A stretch of 64,000 bases of DNA from Octopus sinensis (GCF_006345805.1 NC_042999.1:4650001-4714000), one strand, 5' to 3'. Positions 14,614 to 26,599 are shown, counted from the stretch's first letter. The notes: generated by a model from the sequence alone, not told the origin. Numbers and translations: made by a program.

Positions 14614-14796
14614 GCTTGCATCCTTATTCTTTGAAACTTCAAAAGACTCTGAATAACCTTCTGCTCGGCAAGGTGTATCGCTGCTACAGTAGCACTACCT
14701 GGAAAATAGCTACAATGGTGTGTGCCCAAAATGGTCAAAACCTGGTCCAGTTACTGACTAAAGATGAACATAACTGGTTAGTAGACAGAGTGAAAT
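14614..14796 (+). CDS. Coding exon 2: N-terminal half of C-type lectin-like domain
   Basis: Acceptor tttttattgtcag| and donor AAAT|GTAAGT; 183 nt, phase 1-1. Translates (G)LHPYSLKLQKTLNNLLLGKVYRCYSSTTWKIATMVCAQNGQNLVQLLTKDEHNWLVDRVK, fitting the CTLD pattern TW..A...C...G..L......E..W/F. Confidence 0.85.
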
Positions 14797-16095
14797 GTAA
14801 GTATTGAAATTTTTGGTAAAATTTAAAGAGCGAGAATTTAGGAATGATGAAGAGGTTGGTCTTAAACCAAGGAAACGGATTAAGACTACCACTCAAGTAC
14901 AGCCATATCTGAACTTACATTAGATTCATGAATGAACTTATTGTACACAGTGCTGCTCAGGGCCACTAAAACTCATTAGAAAAAAAAGAAACTGTATGAA
15001 CAGTACATAAAATATGCACAGGAAGTGAACAGGCATAGGAGTAGCTGTGTGGTAAGTAGCTTGCTTATGAACCACATGGTTCCGGGTTCAGTCCTACTGT
15101 GTGGCACCTTGGGCAAGTGTCTTCTACTATAGGCTCGGGCTGACCAAAGCCTCGTGAGAGGCTGTCGTATATACATATATATATAAAACTGAGATTGTGT
15201 GTCTGTCTGTCTTTTTAACTTTTTGCCTAGGGCGAGCCCACAGCAATATCATATCTTCTCCACTACGATTCCCTAAAACTTGAGAACTACACAACCAATT
15301 TCATTCAAATTTTACACATGCCTTACTTAGGGTCCATGTAGTTTCATGGGCAAAAAAATGTTCAACTTCTTGCCTAGAGCGAGCCTATAGCAATATCATA
15401 TCTTCTCCACTATTTCAGTATTATGTGTTAAAAGTGAAACAAAAACATTTCTCTATTTTATGTCAGATACTTTCACTTTAACAATAAAAATTAGAGATAA
15501 TAATAACAATTGAATTATATGTAGAAAGTAATAATTAAAATCAAACTAAAGTATAATATAATCGTAACATAACAAAAGTAAAAATAGCAATTGGTATAAA
15601 ATTGAACTTGAATAAGTGGTTTCACATGAATGGGAATAAATTAAAAATAAAATTAGTGTGCAGAAATGGAATAGTCCAGATGGAGCTGTGCACATACCGT
15701 TTACCATGGCTTTTACATTAGATTATCTGCTAATTAGCTAGCATTAAGTATTTATATGAAGTTTGGCTGTATGTAATGTCTGTTTTCTCGAACAGCCGCT
15801 TCTACTGAGTACTGCTGTTGGTTTATTTCTTATACATAAAGGACTATAGCTTCAACTGCGTACTGCATTTTGATTCACCGTAAGGTTTGTTGTTATTATT
15901 ATTACTGTTTAACTATTGTTATCATGTTTGTTGGTTCCTCGTAAAGGAAACGTTATTGTGTTGCATTTGTTAAATAATTGTAACCCTCCCCCTTTGGAAG
16001 AAGGAGCTTTGGTTATTGTTTAAAAATTGAATTGTGTCCCTGTTTGGGGAAATTGACAATATTTTCACCATTTACGCGGAAGCATTTTTGTTAGA

Positions 16096-16620
16096 ATGCC
16101 TTCGATAGAAGAAAGTCCAAAAATGAATTTTGCTGCAGCCGTTGGTGGGCACGAACTCATTAAAATTAAAATGGAAGAAATACAAACCTATTTTGGATTG
16201 ATCACTGACAAAGACGGTGAATCTAGGATAACACCACTAAACGAAATAAAAAATTAAATTAAAGAAAAGACTATTGTCTATAAAGTATACAATGTAGAGG
16301 GAAAAAAAGATTTGAACACCTGGAGGAAAGCACCATCGAAAAGTGTCTTGGTGTGACTATGAAAGATATCTAACCAGAGGCGGTAAATTCGCCACAATAG
16401 AAGCAAGGTTCGAGTCAACAGAGCATGCAAGGGGGTACTTGACTCGAACCTTGCAAAGGGGAAATATTTTATTTTTACCTTTATATCTGGGACGCAGGAC
16501 GTCCTGGATAAAAATTAGAAATGTCCCCCCAGAAGTAGAGGTAGGCTGGATTGTAGCCACACTTCTATACAAGAGGGAGGACAAGATACAATTGATCGAA
16601 ATTGCAAGAGACGGGCCTAC
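16096..16620 (+). pseudogene. Decayed ORF1 (gag-like) 5' part of an L1/Tx1-like LINE
   Basis: MPSIEESPKMNFAAAVGG... has an in-frame stop and a frameshift, then ...YLGRRTSWIKIRNVPPEVEVGWIVATLL, which is homologous to the remnant at 54.7 kb. Confidence 0.6.
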
Positions 16621-18043
16621 AATTCCAGTCTGTTATATATTTTGAGTATTGTTATTACTAGTGATATCAAGATATAACTTTGTATTTTGTATTTTATGTA
16701 TAGATGTATATATATAGATGTACATGTAATATGTACACATATATATACACATATATACATGCACTAGCACTATAACCCGGCAATGATGGGTCATAATGCT
16801 AGTATGTATATATATGTATGTGTGTGTATGTGTTTGTGTGTCTGTGTTTGTCCCCACCAACATCGCTTGACAACCGATGCTGGTGTATTTACATCCCTGT
16901 AACTTAGCAGTTCGGCAAAAGAGCCTGATAGAATAAGTACTAGGCTTACAAAGAATAAGTCCTGGGGTCGATTTGCTCGATTAAAGGCGGTACTCCAGCA
17001 TGACCACAGTCAAATGACTGAAACAAATAAAAGAGGGTAAAGTGAGAGTGAATAAGTCTTAGATTAAAAAAGAAAAAAAGGATGAGGAAACGAGGGTGGG
17101 GGGGGAATCAGGAAGCATGGAAGTTTTGAACCAAATCCGATGACTGGCACCCATGCCAGTGGAGCGCTAGCAGCTCCATCCAAGCAGGATCACTGCCTGA
17201 GCAGCTGTCTGGCACGTAAAGAGCACCATTTGAGCGTGATCGTTGTCAGCGTCACCTCACTGGCACTTGTGCTGGTGGCACGTGAACAAAACATTCGAGC
17301 AAGATCATTGCCAGTGCTGCTGGAGTGACTCCTGTGCAGGTGGCACGTAAAAAATAACATTTTCGAGCGTGGCCATTGCCAGTACCGCCAGACTGGTCCT
17401 CGTGCCGGTGGCACTTTATAAGCACCCACTACACTCTCAGAGTGGTTGGCGTTAGGAAGGGCATCCAGCTGTAGAAACTCTGCCAGATCAGATTGGAGCC
17501 TGGTGCAGCCATCTGGTTCGCCAGCCCTCAGTCAAATCGTCCAACCCATGCTAGCATGGAAAGCGGACATTAAACGATGATGATGATGATGATGTAGTGT
17601 CTTGACTGCTAACATTTGAAGCTGGTAGTTTATTCGATGGTTCAGCAATTCTGAGTGTGAAAAATATTTCTGAAAGCCATGGGTGCTGTGTTGTGCTTTG
17701 ATTTTGTAAGCCTGTCCATAAGTGTTAGACGTATGGAATTCAAAAGTAATTCAATAAGTAAGTAGTATGAAGACTTGAGTTACAAAACAATGCAACATGA
17801 AAAATCATTTAAAAAACTTTATTAGTTTATGTCTTTTTTAAGAAATGGTTTCTACATATTTTCACGTGTATTCTATGGGATTTTCCACTTTAGTATTGGG
17901 TCTTAGATGTTCTTTTTAAATGTTTATGCTTTTAAATATGTTTGTTAAGACTAACGTCAAGTCAGATAAATCAACTAAAGTAGAGGTTTATTTTATAAAA
18001 AAAAAAGAAAAAAGAAACAATGTCAAGATAAAAACGACATATA

Positions 18044-18445
18044 GGCGTAGGAGTGGCTGTGTGGTAAGTAGCTTGCTAACCAACCACATGGTTTCGGGTT
18101 CAGTCCCACTGCGTGGCATCTTGGGCAAGTGTCTTCTGCTATAGCCCCAGGCCGACCAATGCCTTGTGAGTGGATTTGGTAGACGGAAACTGAAAGAAGC
18201 CTGTCGTATATATGTATATATATGTGTGTGTGTGTGTGTGTTTGTGTTTGTACCCCTAGCATTGCTTGACTATCGATGCTGGTGTGTTTACGTCCCCGTC
18301 ACTTAGCGGTTCGGCAAAAGAGACCGATAGAATAAGTACTGAGCTTACAAAAGAATAAGTCCCGGGGTCGAGTTGCTCGACTAAAGGCGGTGCTCCAGCA
18401 TGGCTGCAGTCAAATGACTGAAACAAGTAAAAGAGTAAAAGAGTA
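18044..18445 (+). mobile_element. tRNA-derived SINE family A (internal (TA)n(TG)n microsatellite), representative copy
   Basis: Head GGCGTAGGAGTGGCTGTGTGGTAAG...GGTTCAGTCCC (A/B-box-like) and tail GGCGGTGCTCCAGCATGGCTGCAGTCAAATGACTGAAACAAGTAAAAGAG. Other copies at about 4715-5215, 18880-19420, 20360-20925(-), 21273-21665(-), 29040-29515, 43490-44000(-), 50052-50492(-), 55160-55580 and 60481-60870. Confidence 0.85.
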
Positions 18446-18521
18446 TATGTTGAGGGATGCCTGTATTTAGAATGCAGAGGATCAGGTGAAACACTGCAAA
18501 GTGTCTAACCTGAGACTTTAA

Positions 18522-18740
18522 CCCTTTTCTTACTGTATTTATTTTGAGATGCTCAGTGTTTCTTTCAGTTACTTTAAATATAACAAAGAATTTAGTAAAA
18601 TAATTTAGTTATCATTAAGCTAGTATTAGGAACATAAATTCTGACTAAAGTTTGGTGGAAGATTTTAATTCCAAACTTATGAAAACAAGACATTTGTACT
18701 CAGAGCCGGACCGGTTTCAGCCGGGTTGGTAACAAAAGGG
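18522..18740 (-). mobile_element. piggyBac-type MITE (same family)
   Basis: TTAA flanks, CCCTTT/AAAGGG termini, reverse complement of the 30.3-kb unit. A further copy is at 51372-51588(+) and a partial one at about 6126-6230. Confidence 0.8.
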
Positions 18741-19072
18741 TTAACAGTTCTACTAATCAGCTCTCCTTAGTATTTTAATTTATTGATCCTGATAAGTGTT
18801 CAATAATATTTCTTATACAATGTTCATAGGTTGGTAAGAAGGAGGGTAGGTTAAAAAAAATTATTTATATAGACATCGGCATGACTGTGTTATAAGAAGT
18901 TTGCTTTCCAACCACATGGTTTCAAGTTCAGTCCCACTGCATGGCACCTTGGCCAAGTGTCTTCTGCTATAGCCTCAGTCCGACCAAAGCTCTGTGAGTG
19001 GATCTGGGAGATGGAAACTGAAAGAAGCTTGTCATGTGTATGTATGTATATCTGCATGTGTGTGTGTGTGTG

Positions 19073-19105
<33 letters not shown>

Positions 19106-19280
19106 CAGTGTGTGTCTATGTCTGTGTTTGTCCCCCACCACCACTTGACAACTGCTGTTTGTGTGTTTACATCTGCATAACTTAGCAGTTCGGCAAATGA
19201 GACTGATAGAATAAGTACCAAGCTTTAAAAAGAAATAAGTACTGGGGTCAATTCATTCAACCCAAAAAAAATTTTTCAAG

Positions 19281-19390
19281 GCATTGCCCCAGCATTGCCC
19301 CAGCATTGCCCCAGCATTGCCCCAGCATTGCCCCAGCATGGCCCCAGCATGGCCCCAGCATGGCCCCAGCATGGCCCCAGCATGGCCGCA
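19281..19390. repeat. 11-bp tandem repeat (about 10 copies) inside a SINE A tail
   Basis: (GCATTGCCCCA)5 (GCATGGCCCCA)4 GCATGGCCGCA. Confidence 0.9.
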
Positions 19391-19539
19391 GACTAATGAC
19401 TATCAATTAAAAGTTAAAAGAGAAAAGATATATATATATAGTTTTAATTATTTATCATAATAAACAGAGTTTAACTAAAATATTCTTACAACTTGCTCAT
19501 TAAATGTTTAATCAGCTGCAAGCATCTACAGAAAACCTG

Positions 19540-19553
19540 GTTGCCATAGCAAC
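19540..19553. promoter_or_regulatory. RFX X-box-like motif
   Basis: GTTGCCATAGCAAC, one mismatch from the palindromic GTTGCCATGGCAAC; function unverified. Confidence 0.3.
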
Positions 19554-20181
19554 ATGATTAGACTTACAGTTCACGTTAGTGTTTGGAATTTAAAATAGCA
19601 ACTTCAGTTTTATAATTTCTCTTCAGAAATTTCTTTGTGTCTTTCTGGATATTTCTGAGTCTTTGGGCAATTTTTAATCCTCCATTGAATTCCCAAGACA
19701 TTTCTTACTTCTATTCTTGTATTTCTAAATAGAAACATGCTTCTTAAATCTCAGCTTTAATCTCAGTGGTAGGCTTAATCCATCAGTCATTTTAACACTT
19801 TGGCACCACCACTTGGGGCTGGAATCCATTCCGTTTTAAGCTGTCAGACCAGTTGCCTGGTTTCTGAGAAGCACTTCTTCCCTCCCTCCCAGTTTTTAAT
19901 AGGATTTTGAAGAATAACTTCTTCAGTTTTAAATCTTTTTATATAAATGTCTTTGCATATTTTATTCGCTTGTTCTTTTATTTGTTTAAGTCGTTTGACT
20001 GTGGTCATGCTGGAGCACCGCCTTTAGTCAAGCAAATTGACTCCAGAACTTATTCTTTGTAAGCCTAGTACTTATTCTATTCGTTACTAAGTTATGGGGA
20101 TGTAAACGCACCAGCATCAGTTGTCAAGCGATGTTGAGGGGACAAGCAGACACACAAATATATACCTATGTACACACACAC

Positions 20182-20216
<35 letters not shown>

Positions 20217-20219
20217 TAT

Positions 20220-20275
<56 letters not shown>

Positions 20276-20573
20276 GACACAGAAAGATATGGGATGAGGT
20301 GGTCAAGCCTGACCTTTGAACATTGGGTCTCCAAGTGGCAATGACGAAAGACCGACTGCGGCCATGGTGGAGCACTGCTTTTAGTCAAGCAAATCGACCC
20401 CAGGACTTCTTCTTTGTAAGCTTAGTACTTATTCTATCGGTCTCTTTTGCCAAACTGCTAAGTATCAGGGACATAAACACACCAGCATCGGTTGTCAAGC
20501 GATGTTGGGTGGGGTGGGGGACAAACAGAGGCACACAAACATATACACACATATACATATATACACACACACA

Positions 20574-20629
<56 letters not shown>

Positions 20630-20650
20630 TATACACACACAGACACACAG

Positions 20651-20681
<31 letters not shown>

Positions 20682-20682
20682 G

Positions 20683-20762
<80 letters not shown>

Positions 20763-21911
20763 GACGGGCTTCTTTCAGTTTCCGTCTACCAAATCCACTC
20801 ACAAGGCTTTGGTTGGCCTGAGGCTATAGTAGAAGACACTTGCCCAAGGTGCCACGCAGTGGAACTGAACCCGGAACCATGTGGTTGGTAAGCAAGCTAC
20901 TTACCACACAGCCACTCCTGCGCCTATACGTCTGTTTTTTTTTTTTATGTTGGCAAAGGTTGAACAACTTGAGAGGATCCAATGAAAGTGGGGATGTGCT
21001 GAGCTCTAGTGTCAGTATGGCATGGTTTCTATGACTGGATGCCCTTTCTAATACCAACCCCTTTACAGTGCATACTGGGTGCTTTTTACAGCACTAGTGA
21101 GGCCATCAGCAAATCCTTACGGTATAAGAAAGCAAGCGATAGACTATATGTGAATAAAAGATGATATAGTCTCAACTAGACTACAACCTTTTCCCATAGG
21201 TCTACTCAATCAAGGCTTGCCTGGGGCTAAACAACAGCAAATGAATCCATGAGGTTTAGAATAATTTTTTTCTTCTCTTTTACTCTTTTACTTGTTTCAG
21301 TCATCTGACCGCGGCCATGCTGGAGCACCGCCTTTAATCGAGCAACTCGAACCCAGGACTTATTCTTTGTAAGCCCAGTACTTATTCTATTGGTCTCTTT
21401 TGCCAAACCGCTAAGTAACAGGGTCATAAACACACCAGCATCGGTTGTCAAGCAATGCTAGGGGACAAACACACACACACACATATATATATATACATAT
21501 ATACGATAGGCTTCTTTCCGTTTCTGTCTACCAAATCTACTCACAAGGCTTTGGTTGGCCCAAGGCTATAGTAGAAGACACTTGCCCAAGGTGCCACGCA
21601 ATGGGACTGAACCCGGAACCATGTGATTGGAAAACAAGTTACTTACCACACAGCCACTTCTGCGCCTATATGTGAATAAAAGATGATATAGTCTCAACTA
21701 GACTACTACCTTTTCTTATAGGTCTACTCAATCAAGGCTTGCCTGGGGCTAAACAACAGCAAATGAATCCATGTGGTTTAGAATAATTTTTTTCCTGTGT
21801 AATTTTATTTTGTGATTTTAATGTATTTTATTCCATTTTAATTTAGATGATCCAGAATAACAGGTGAAATACAGTTTGATACAATCATTAATTCTTCATT
21901 TTTAATTATAG

Positions 21912-22124
21912 CATCAATTGCTAGATTCTGGGTTGGTGGAATTCAGTTTCAACATCACTGGTACTGGAAATATCCAACATGGAGGATTCCGATAAAAAAG
22001 AGCCGATGGTTTATAGACTTCAGGGAAGATCAAAAAGTTGTTGCACATGAAGATCATTTAGATAGTCAAGGAACTTATTCAAAACAACATTTTATTTGTG
22101 AGGAGAATTATTTTTCAAGGAATG
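21912..22124 (+). CDS. Coding exon 3: C-terminal half of C-type lectin-like domain
   Basis: Acceptor tttaattatag| and donor AATG|GTAAGG; 213 nt, phase 1-1. Translates (S)SIARFWVGGIQFQHHWYWKYPTWRIPIKKSRWFIDFREDQKVVAHEDHLDSQGTYSKQHFICEENYFSRN, with the WVG, W.W and terminal FICE motifs of CTLDs. Confidence 0.85.
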
Positions 22125-22879
22125 GTAAGGCATTTTATTCAAATATTAATCAAACTTTTAGATGAGTTCAGAAATGTATTAGGATATTTGACTTGTAAAG
22201 AGGCCATTTTCATTTTGGTTTGCTTATACCAGTCCATGGGAGAGGGGGGGGACTTCAAAATGGCTTTGGTGCTTTACATCTTTAGCCTAAAGCAAGAATT
22301 TTTCTCCATGGCAAACTACAGTGAAAAGGGCCTTTTTGCAAGTCAAATATGCCCCAGTCATATTAGAACTGATCTAAAATTTTGTTTATTTCACATCTTT
22401 GCTTCACACATCAACCATGCAATAAATATCAATTTTTTTATTTTAATTTCTTTTTTTTTTTTTTTCACCTTTACTGGTGTCATATAAAATCCACCTGTAC
22501 TGGTTCTACGTAAAAAGCACCTCTGCTGGTTCCACATATAAAGCACCCATGCTGGTGCTTTGTATAAAGCACTGGTGCTGGTGCAACATAAAAAGTCTCC
22601 AGTACACTCTGTAAAGTAGTTGGCATTATGAAGGCCCTCAAACTGTAGGAACCATGCCAAAACAGGTAATTGAAGCCTAGTGTAGCTCTCTGGCTTGCCA
22701 GCTCCCGTTAGATCATCTAATCCATGCCAGCATGGAAAACAGACATTAAATGATGATGATAATGATCATCATCATGAAGACTATGTTCTTAAAAATTATT
22801 GCAGCATGAGCCCATGGTGGTGATTTGAAACCCAACTGCTAGATAATCAGTGAGACACCACAGTTTTACATGATTATAT

Positions 22880-23330
22880 CTGAGAAACTATTTGCCTTAG
22901 TAGAAGAAACAGTACCGAAAGTGGCAGGTAAGTTTATCTACGTGGGTAGCACACTCAGCAATACTTGCTCCTTGGACAGTAAAATATTTCAAAGGCTTCA
23001 GAAGGTACAGTTTCATTCAGGGCAGCTCTTCAGTCTTGTATTTGGTCCCAATATGGCATCACAAGGTGAACAAAAGTTGCTGTGTACTGTGCATATATAT
23101 TAATGTCTCTTCTTTACTCAGGTGGGACATGAACCCATTACAGGCATCATTATAAGGGCCCTCAAGCTTTTCTGTCAGAAGTATCTGAGATATATCGTGA
23201 GCATCTCTTTGTCTGGAGTCCATGCAGACTCCAGACACAGAGGTGTTGAGGGGAGTCACATCCTGAGCATTGAAGTGACGGTACACAAGTACCATTTATG
23301 TTGGACTGGGTACTTTGTTTGAGTGAATGA
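22880..23330 (+). pseudogene. Highly decayed RTE/BovB-like RT C-terminal fragment
   Basis: KFIYVGSTLSNTCSLDSKIFQRLQK resembles the RTE FTYLGSTLS...IDDEI..RI.KA motif; frameshifted. Confidence 0.55.
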
Positions 23331-24099
23331 TTGAAAGACCCCTAGCAGATGGTGTACTTATTTATGGAGAGTACCCCTAGTGGAAACCAAGACTACAATT
23401 TAAGGATTGGTGTAAAGTCTCCATTCATTCGTTTGGACAATGGATCCAGATCCTTTCGTGAAGGCTTTTGCCCACTTTTTAGCTCAGTGGTTAGAGCTTT
23501 TGGCCCACAGTCATGAGGTTGTGAGTTCAATTCCTGGACTGGGCTGTGTTGTGTTCTTGAGCAAGACACTTTATTTCCTGTTGCTCCAGTTCACTCAGCT
23601 ATAGAAATGTGTTGTGATGTCAGTGGTGCCAAGCTGTATCGGCCCCTTTGCCTCTCCCTTGGATAACATCGGTGGTGTGGAGAGGTGAGATGGCTATGCA
23701 TGGGTGACAGCTGGTCTCCCATAAACAACCTTGCCCAGACTTGTGCCTCAGAAGGGAAATTTCTAAGTACAATTCCATGGTCATTCATGACCACAGGAAG
23801 TCTTTACCCTTTTAGCATTTTAAAGTTTTCATTGAAGGCATGTGAAATATTGGAGGTCAAGTGAGAAAGCAGTAACCGTCGCCACTACCAACAGACGAAA
23901 CAAGTAAAAGAAGGAGTGAATACTTTAAAAAAAAGATGCAGTTTCCATGAAGAATTTAAATGAGCTGCTTGAAAATGCATTGCCAGTATAGTGAATGGGG
24001 GAAGAATGGTCTGCCATATCTGTGAAAGTGTATGTTTATCAAGAGCTGGGTTTATTAGTCACCTGTGGAGCCACAAGTGTAAAATATAAATTTGTCTGG

Positions 24100-25056
24100 C
24101 GAGAATGGATGAAGAGAGGTGTGTGAGAAAGTGCCAATCCCTAGCAGTTGAGGGAACCCGTGGAAGAGGTAGACCCAGGAAAACCTGGGACGAGGTGGTG
24201 AAGCACGACCTTCGGACGTTAGGTCTCACCATGGAAATGACTAGAGACCGAGACCTATGGAAGTATGCTGTGCGTGAGAAGACCCGGCAAGACTAGTGAA
24301 GCCATAATCCGTGGCCCCTACCTGGGACGTAGTCAGTCCACCTGTGCATACCTTCCTTCTTGTGACACTTGTGAAGACCTGTTGAGGCAAGTGAGAATCG
24401 AATCGAATCGTATCAAATCAAATCGAACCAAATCAAAATAGATGAACATCAATGGAATTTGTATCCTTGTGGTACCAGTGCCGGTGGCACATGAGAAAAC
24501 CATCCGAACGTGACCGTAGCCAGTACCGCAATGACTGGCCTCCGTGCTGAGGGCACGTAACAAACACCATCCGAGCGTGGCCGTCCGCCAGCCTCGTCTA
24601 GCACCTGTGTCGGTGACACATACGAAACACCATCCGAGCGTGGCCGTCTGCCAGCCTCGTCTGGCACCTGTGTCGTGGTGGCACATAAAAAACACCATCC
24701 GAGCGTGGCCGTCTGCCAGCCTCGTCTGGCACTGTGTCGGTGGCAGGGGCACATAAAAAAACACCATCCGAGCGTGGCCGTCTGCCAGCCTCGTCTGGCA
24801 CCTGTGTCGGTGGCACATAAAAAACACCATCCGAGCGTGGCCGTCTGCCAGCCTCGTCTGGCACCTGTGTCGGTGGCACATAAAATCACCCACTACACTC
24901 TCGGAGTGGTTGGCGTTAGGAAGGGCATCCAGCTGTAGAAACACTGCCACATCTGACTGGCCTGGTGCAGCCTTCGGGCTTCCCAGACCCCAGTTGAACC
25001 GTCCAACCCATGCTAGCATGGAAAGCGGACGTTAAACGATGATGATGATGATGATG
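24100..25056 (+). mobile_element. RTE-clade LINE 3' fragment with expanded 3'UTR tandem repeat
   Basis: MDEERCVRKCQSLAVEGTRGRGRPRKTWDEVVKHDL matches the 12.5-kb copy. About 7 tandem units of about 57 bp at 24500-24890; (GAT)n tail. Confidence 0.9.
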
Positions 25057-26053
25057 AATGTTCTTTAAGGAGTTGTTTGTTCCTTCTCGAGCCATGCCTG
25101 GCTCATAAGGACCGGTTTCCTGGTTTCCTTGGTGTATAGGTTCCCCACCTGGATGGGATGCCGGTCCGTCACAGGTAAGCTGCAAGATGCAGGAGAAAAG
25201 AGTGAGAGAAAGTTATGGCAAAAAAGTCAGCAGAAGTTCGCCATTACTTTCTGCTGGAGCCACGTGAAGCTTAGGTGTTTCGCTCATAAACACACACATC
25301 GACTGGTCTGAGATTCAAACCCGCGATCCCTCAACCGTGAATCTGCTGCTCTAACCACTAGACCATGTGCTTCCACTTCTTTAAGGAGGCGCAATGGCCT
25401 AGTGGTTAGGACAGCAGGCTCGTGGTTGTAGGCTCGCGGTTTCGACTCCCAGACAAGATGTTGTGAGTGTTTATTGAGCAAAAACATTTAGGGGCCCCAC
25501 GAGGCTCTGGCAGTGGGGTGGGGGTGGCGAACCCTGCTGTACTCTTTCACTACAACTTTCTCTCGCCTTTGCTTCCTGTTTCTCTTGTACCTGTATTACA
25601 AAGGGCCAGCTTTGTCACAGTCAGTGTCATGCTGAATTTACCTGAGAACTATGTTAAGGGTACATGTGTCTGTGGAGTGCTCAGCCACTTGCACGTCAAT
25701 TTCATGAGCAGGTTGTTCCGTTGATCGGATCAACTGGAACCCTCGTTGTCGTAACCAACGGAGTGCCATGATATATATAAATATATATATATATTTCTTT
25801 ATTGCCCACAGGGGGCTAAACACAGAGGGGACAAACAAGGACAGACAAAAGGCTTAAGTTGGTTACATCGACCCCAGTGCTTAACTGGTACTTAATTTAT
25901 CGACCCTGAAAGGATGAAAGGCAAAGTCGACCTTGACGGAATTTGAACTCAGAACTTAACGGCAACTGAAATACCGCTAAGCATTTCACCCGACGTGATA
26001 ACGATTCTGCCAGCTCGCTGCCCTAATATAGATATATATATATATGTACACTG

Positions 26054-26124
<71 letters not shown>

Positions 26125-26261
26125 TCCCGGGTTGAGTCGGAGTTAACCACAGTCAATAAGGTACTCAATACATAGCAGAGTAAATTAATTTATTTTATAG
26201 AAGGAGCTTCTACAGGACTGAGTTCTAGTCCTGTAGAAGCTCCTTCTATAAAATAAATATA

Positions 26262-26296
<35 letters not shown>

Positions 26297-26557
26297 CTAG
26301 GCTTACAAAGAATAAGTCCTGGGGTCGATTTGTTTGACTAAAGGTGGTGCTCCAGCATGGCCCCAGTCAAATGACTGAAACAAATAAAAAGAAAATAAGA
26401 TAAAAATGGTCAGTGATGATCTTCCTCAGTCATAACTAGACCGCCAGCATCATGTAATGTGTGTGTGTATGTGTGTGTGTGCATGAGAACAAAAGAAAAT
26501 ATTTGAGGGACATAAAGAATCTTTAAATGCTTGTGAAATCATTTTGTAATTTCCAAG

Positions 26558-26599
26558 AATTGGGAGATCTTATCTATGATCCCCAGGTGATTCAGTACA
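26558..26599 (+). CDS. Candidate small internal/alternative exon of the CTLD-PAN gene
   Basis: Acceptor ttttgtaatttccaag| is in phase 1 with exon 3 and gives (E)LGDLIYDPQVIQY. Possible donors are ACA|GTGAGT (26599, phase 1) and CAG|GTGATT (26586, phase 0). The frame stays open to TAA at 26697. No homology support. Confidence 0.3.
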
